DNA of 64,000 bases from Amoebophrya sp. A120. Taxonomy: Eukaryota > Protista > Dinoflagellata. Shown piece by piece: positions 61,401 to 64,000 of this stretch. The notes beneath the pieces were generated by a model. That model was not told where the DNA came from and did not search any database. It saw only the letters and a program-made list of their open reading frames with translations. A program made the position numbers and the translations under genes. Position 1 is the stretch's first letter, and each line of letters starts with the position of its first letter. The stretch is taken from contig CAJINV010000002.1 in assembly GCA_905178155.1 (NCBI GenBank), positions 3,176,515 to 3,240,514 of the forward strand, read 5' to 3'.

Positions 61401-64000
61401 GGAGTCAAAGGTCAAAACGATACGATGCGATAACTTGGTCCAAAGTGTACAGCTTTTGGCACTCATGCAACACAGATTTTTGCATGCTTCAGATTTACCA
61501 TGCAACCTTCCAGACCACCCAGACACGTTTGCAATGCATAGAGTGTAACGGGGTGGACATGGACGATTTGCCAAATCGGACAGAATATGCAGCGCAAAAG
61601 CATCGTACTCGTAGTAATTGCAATCATGCATTGCAAATCTCTCTCTTAAGCCAAATCAGCATTGCAAATTTCATTTTTCATGCTGAGGAAATTTGTAATG
61701 CATTTATACGAGTAAGTACTACGATACTTCTGCAATGCATACAGAACTCCTCTCTTTCGAAATCGAAAGGGTGCATCCCGCGACCTTGACTGCGGAAGGA
61801 GCAGAGGAAGTTTGTGAAGATGCAGGAGATGAAGCAGGAGAAGCTGCAAGAAAGGAAAAGCAAAACGAATCGTTTCGCACGGCGAGGACCATGACCCGCA
61901 CGGAGCGCATCCACTACGTGCTGGTTTGGCCGCACAGGAACAGGAACTCCGCTTTCGGCCTGAAAGCTACGTCAAACTCTTTTCATTCCAGTTTTACCTC
62001 TACCAGCACAGGAGGCATGGAAATAGCGAGTCCAAGAACAGACGACGATGAAGAAGGAGACCAACCAGAAGAGAAATACAGCAAGCAAAAACAATCTGAA
62101 TACCCACTGACCCTCTTTCTCCCGGGCACGGGCAACATTAACTGGCAGGTCCCTGGCTGTCCCTGGTCCGGCGGGTTCGAGCTGTTGACGAATAAGAACA
62201 AGCTCTTCAACAGCTTCTACATCATGCCCTTAATAGAGGACTACCGGTTGGAATCGGATATGGCGTTCTCAACTGTTACATCCTCAAGTGTTGCGATTGA
62301 TTTGTGATGCAAGAGTGGAAAAAGTGAACGGGTTTACCTTGCGCGTCTTGCATGACAGATTTGGCACAGATTGTCAGCCTGCTTGGCGGCCCTCTGAGAA
62401 TTTGCCATGCGAAGCAGCTTGCTGGTGTCGGTTCTGAACGTAATTTTGCATGACAAATCACGCAACAGGAACAGCTGAGAATGTAACATTTGAGAACGCC
62501 ATATCGGATATGGTTTACATCGAGGACTCCTACGGACACTATCGGTACTATGAATTGCAACAGCAATATCGTACTAGTACTAGAACTTTGCAATCACGCA
62601 TTACAAATCTTTTTCTCAAGGGAAATCAGCATTACAAATTTTATTTCTCATGCTGAGGAAATCGAAATTTGTAATGCATTTATACGAGTGCGATACTTTT
62701 GCAATCCATAGGTACTGCGAGAAGACGATTGAACTGCTATTGAAACACGCTGTGCAGCATATCGAGGCGAATGCAGTATCCCGAGCAATAAAAGCATCGC
62801 GATTGCACTCGTATAGAACAAGATCGCAGTCGTGCATGACGAATCTCCCTCCTTTAGGTGAATCAGCATGACAAATTCATCCACTTTCCGACTTGAAAAA
62901 AATTGTAAATATATGCATTTTAGAGGTAGTCGTGCCATGCTTTAGCTTTTGCGATGCATCCGCCGCAATCAACTACAACTGTTACCTCGACTATGAGAAA
63001 TTCTACCTAACTGGCATCTCCATGGGCGGCACTGGGTGCTGGCAAATTCTGGCGCACTGCGGGAAATATTTCGCCGCTTGTGTTCCGATAGTTGGGAACC
63101 CGGATTGGGGCGTGACTGGGAAACGGATGGACTTGAACTTTGGGGTATACGGATTGACGGTAGGGTACAACGAGGAGGATTTTCTTGATCCGGCGGAAGT
63201 AGACACAGCGCGGACGGGAATAGCTGTTGCACCTACTTCGAGTGGTGTTGTTGATGGTGCTAATATTGCGACAGGTGGCGCAACAGGAGTCGAGCCTGCA
63301 ATTGTGCTGGCACAGCATCCCCATAATAAACCGGAGCCCGACCCCTTCGGATTCGATGCAGAATCCCTTCCAGACGACGACGCAGACCCAGAAGTTGCGA
63401 AAATCGTGGAGAAATTGCGGAGTAGAAGTTCCTCAAAGTGCACTAACATCTCCTGCGTCGACGAGCTTGAAACAGATTGTCATGCCGACACGCATGGTGC
63501 AGCTCCCTCCGATTGTCTTGACCACAACGCATCGGAACGGAACTGGTCCAATTTGGTCGGGAAATTGGTGGCGTCATTTTCCTCCAGTGCGACAGCATCT
63601 GAGGCAGCAGTTTCAGGGACAAGTTCTTCTTCAACTTCTACGAGAAGCAAGAACTTGTTCACGACGAGCAGCGGCAGCGTCACAACGACTTCCCTCAGCG
63701 GCCCGATCTCGATTTTCGAGCAAACTTTGGCGGCACTAGCGGAGATCTTCCTCAGTCGGCTGTTGCAAGGGACAGGACGAGGACGACGAGGACCGCGTTC
63801 ATCCGGGGACCAATCAGCATCTTCGGAGGACGATCATGTGGGCGGAGATTCTTCACGGCCGCAGTCTACAGATGCGCACGTCGCAACCTCCGTGGCAGTA
63901 GCTCCGGGCGAGAATCATGAAGAGAGCACGGGACGAGGACGACCTCCAAACGACCCGAACAACAAACACTCGAACAGCAATTCTGCGCTCCTCTCCTGCT
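46465..64000 (+). CDS. Large protein with an alpha/beta-hydrolase (predicted esterase/peptidase) domain; 15 introners; runs off the window
   Basis: The frame is preserved across all 15 excisions, including the 9.2-kb one. Motifs YPLTLFLPGTG and DYEKFYLTGISMGGTGCWQILAHCGKYFAACVPIVG (GxSxG elbow, ~62990-63100). The start codon is tentative. Confidence 0.7.
46511..46773. mobile_element. Introner family C, 263 bp
   Basis: TIRs, DR AAAGA. Confidence 0.9.
46833..47076. mobile_element. Introner family C, 244 bp
   Basis: TIRs, DR CAGCA. Confidence 0.9.
48140..48291. mobile_element. Introner family A, 152 bp
   Basis: TIRs, DR CCTCT. Confidence 0.9.
48514..48665. mobile_element. Introner family A, 152 bp
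   Basis: TIRs, DR CCTGA/CCGGA. Confidence 0.85.
48984..49101. mobile_element. Small singleton introner, 118 bp
   Basis: TATCCGCAAAAAAAAACC...GGTTTTTTTTTCTGTGGATA; a 4-nt DR CCTT/CCAT is needed to restore the frame. Confidence 0.7.
49316..49530. mobile_element. Singleton introner, 215 bp
   Basis: AAAAAAGTGTTACAGTTA/TAACTGTAACACTTTTTT TIR, DR TACGG. Confidence 0.9.
49712..49946. mobile_element. Introner family B, 235 bp
   Basis: TIRs, DR ACAAG. Confidence 0.9.
49992..50243. mobile_element. Singleton introner (B-related), 252 bp, ~50-bp TIR
   Basis: TATAACCTGCTCAGGTGTTACAATCTCAAACGTTACAATAGAATC TIR, DR TCGTA. Confidence 0.9.
52866..53578. mobile_element. 713-bp TIR element (MITE), copy 1
   Basis: TTGGTCGGAGCCG...CGGCTCCGCCCAA, 6-bp TSD GTAGGT, internal AATAGCAAGC repeats. 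Confidence 0.9.
53975..54687. mobile_element. 713-bp TIR element (MITE), copy 2
   Basis: Apparently identical to copy 1, 6-bp TSD CTTGAC; removal joins EEVK|QAHLDMIEEHG in frame. Confidence 0.9.
55620..56200 (-). CDS. OTU-like cysteine protease segment of the transposon (two exons)
   Basis: KIEGNGNCCPLSIA (Cys motif), W.GH..LEAVA, IRLEYDGRHYNAF (His motif). Confidence 0.6.
56382..56720 (-). CDS. RepB'-type (archaeo-eukaryotic primase-like) segment of the transposon
   Basis: VDLD...LVTRTS..CWQAW...LGGD......VGRLPGSRNPKPG resembles RepB DNA-primase motifs. Confidence 0.6.
59687..59952. mobile_element. Introner family C, 266 bp
   Basis: TIRs, DR AAGAA. Confidence 0.9.
60361..61540. mobile_element. 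Introner family C expanded to 1180 bp by an insert (~60518-61432)
   Basis: Two halves of family C, DR GAGTG, frame restored. Confidence 0.85.
61586..61741. mobile_element. Introner family A, 156 bp
   Basis: TIRs, DR CAGAA. Confidence 0.9.
62259..62503. mobile_element. Introner family B, 245 bp (inverted relative to the other B copies)
   Basis: TIRs, DR TCGGA. Confidence 0.9.
62549..62710. mobile_element. Introner family A, 162 bp
   Basis: TIRs, DR GGTAC. Confidence 0.9.
62777..62960. mobile_element. Highly degenerate introner family A, 184 bp (ends ATC)
   Basis: DR TGCAG/CGCCG; excision joins EANA|AINYN into the hydrolase frame. Confidence 0.65.

Noticed and set aside
1424-62960. Recurrent peptides (YPVQKYRTRS, AKMSGSGR, FQTQTLLH) as a protein repeat family
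   Set aside because: They are translations of introner TIRs appearing in several frames and on both strands.

Overview
Eukaryotic genomic DNA, very likely from an Amoebophrya-like parasitic dinoflagellate (Syndiniales). That assignment is an inference from gene architecture. All ten host gene models I could build lie on the + strand. The ORF track looks fragmented because exons are interrupted by 54 short MITE-like elements (introners; at least 6 families plus singletons). These start TAT, end ATA, carry terminal inverted repeats (TIRs) and are flanked by a mostly 5-bp direct repeat (DR). Removing each element plus one DR copy restores the reading frame at every junction I translated by hand, giving for example a ~2290-codon gene (15458-27302) and a ~1594-codon gene (35101-45099). 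Several introners carry nested cargo. The largest is a ~9-kb TGCA...TGCA element with a 4-bp target-site duplication (TSD) at 50336-59358. It encodes a Gypsy/Ginger-type integrase, an OTU-like domain and, unexpectedly, a RepB'-type primase-like segment, and two apparently identical 713-bp TIR elements have inserted into it. Recognisable host products are a StrG-like 2OG-Fe(II) oxygenase, a Gig2/PARP-like ADP-ribosyltransferase, an EamA/DMT transporter, a type I membrane protein, a CaaX coiled-coil protein and an alpha/beta hydrolase. Coordinates were counted by hand, family calls are motif recognition from memory, and splicing is inferred from frame restoration rather than from RNA data.
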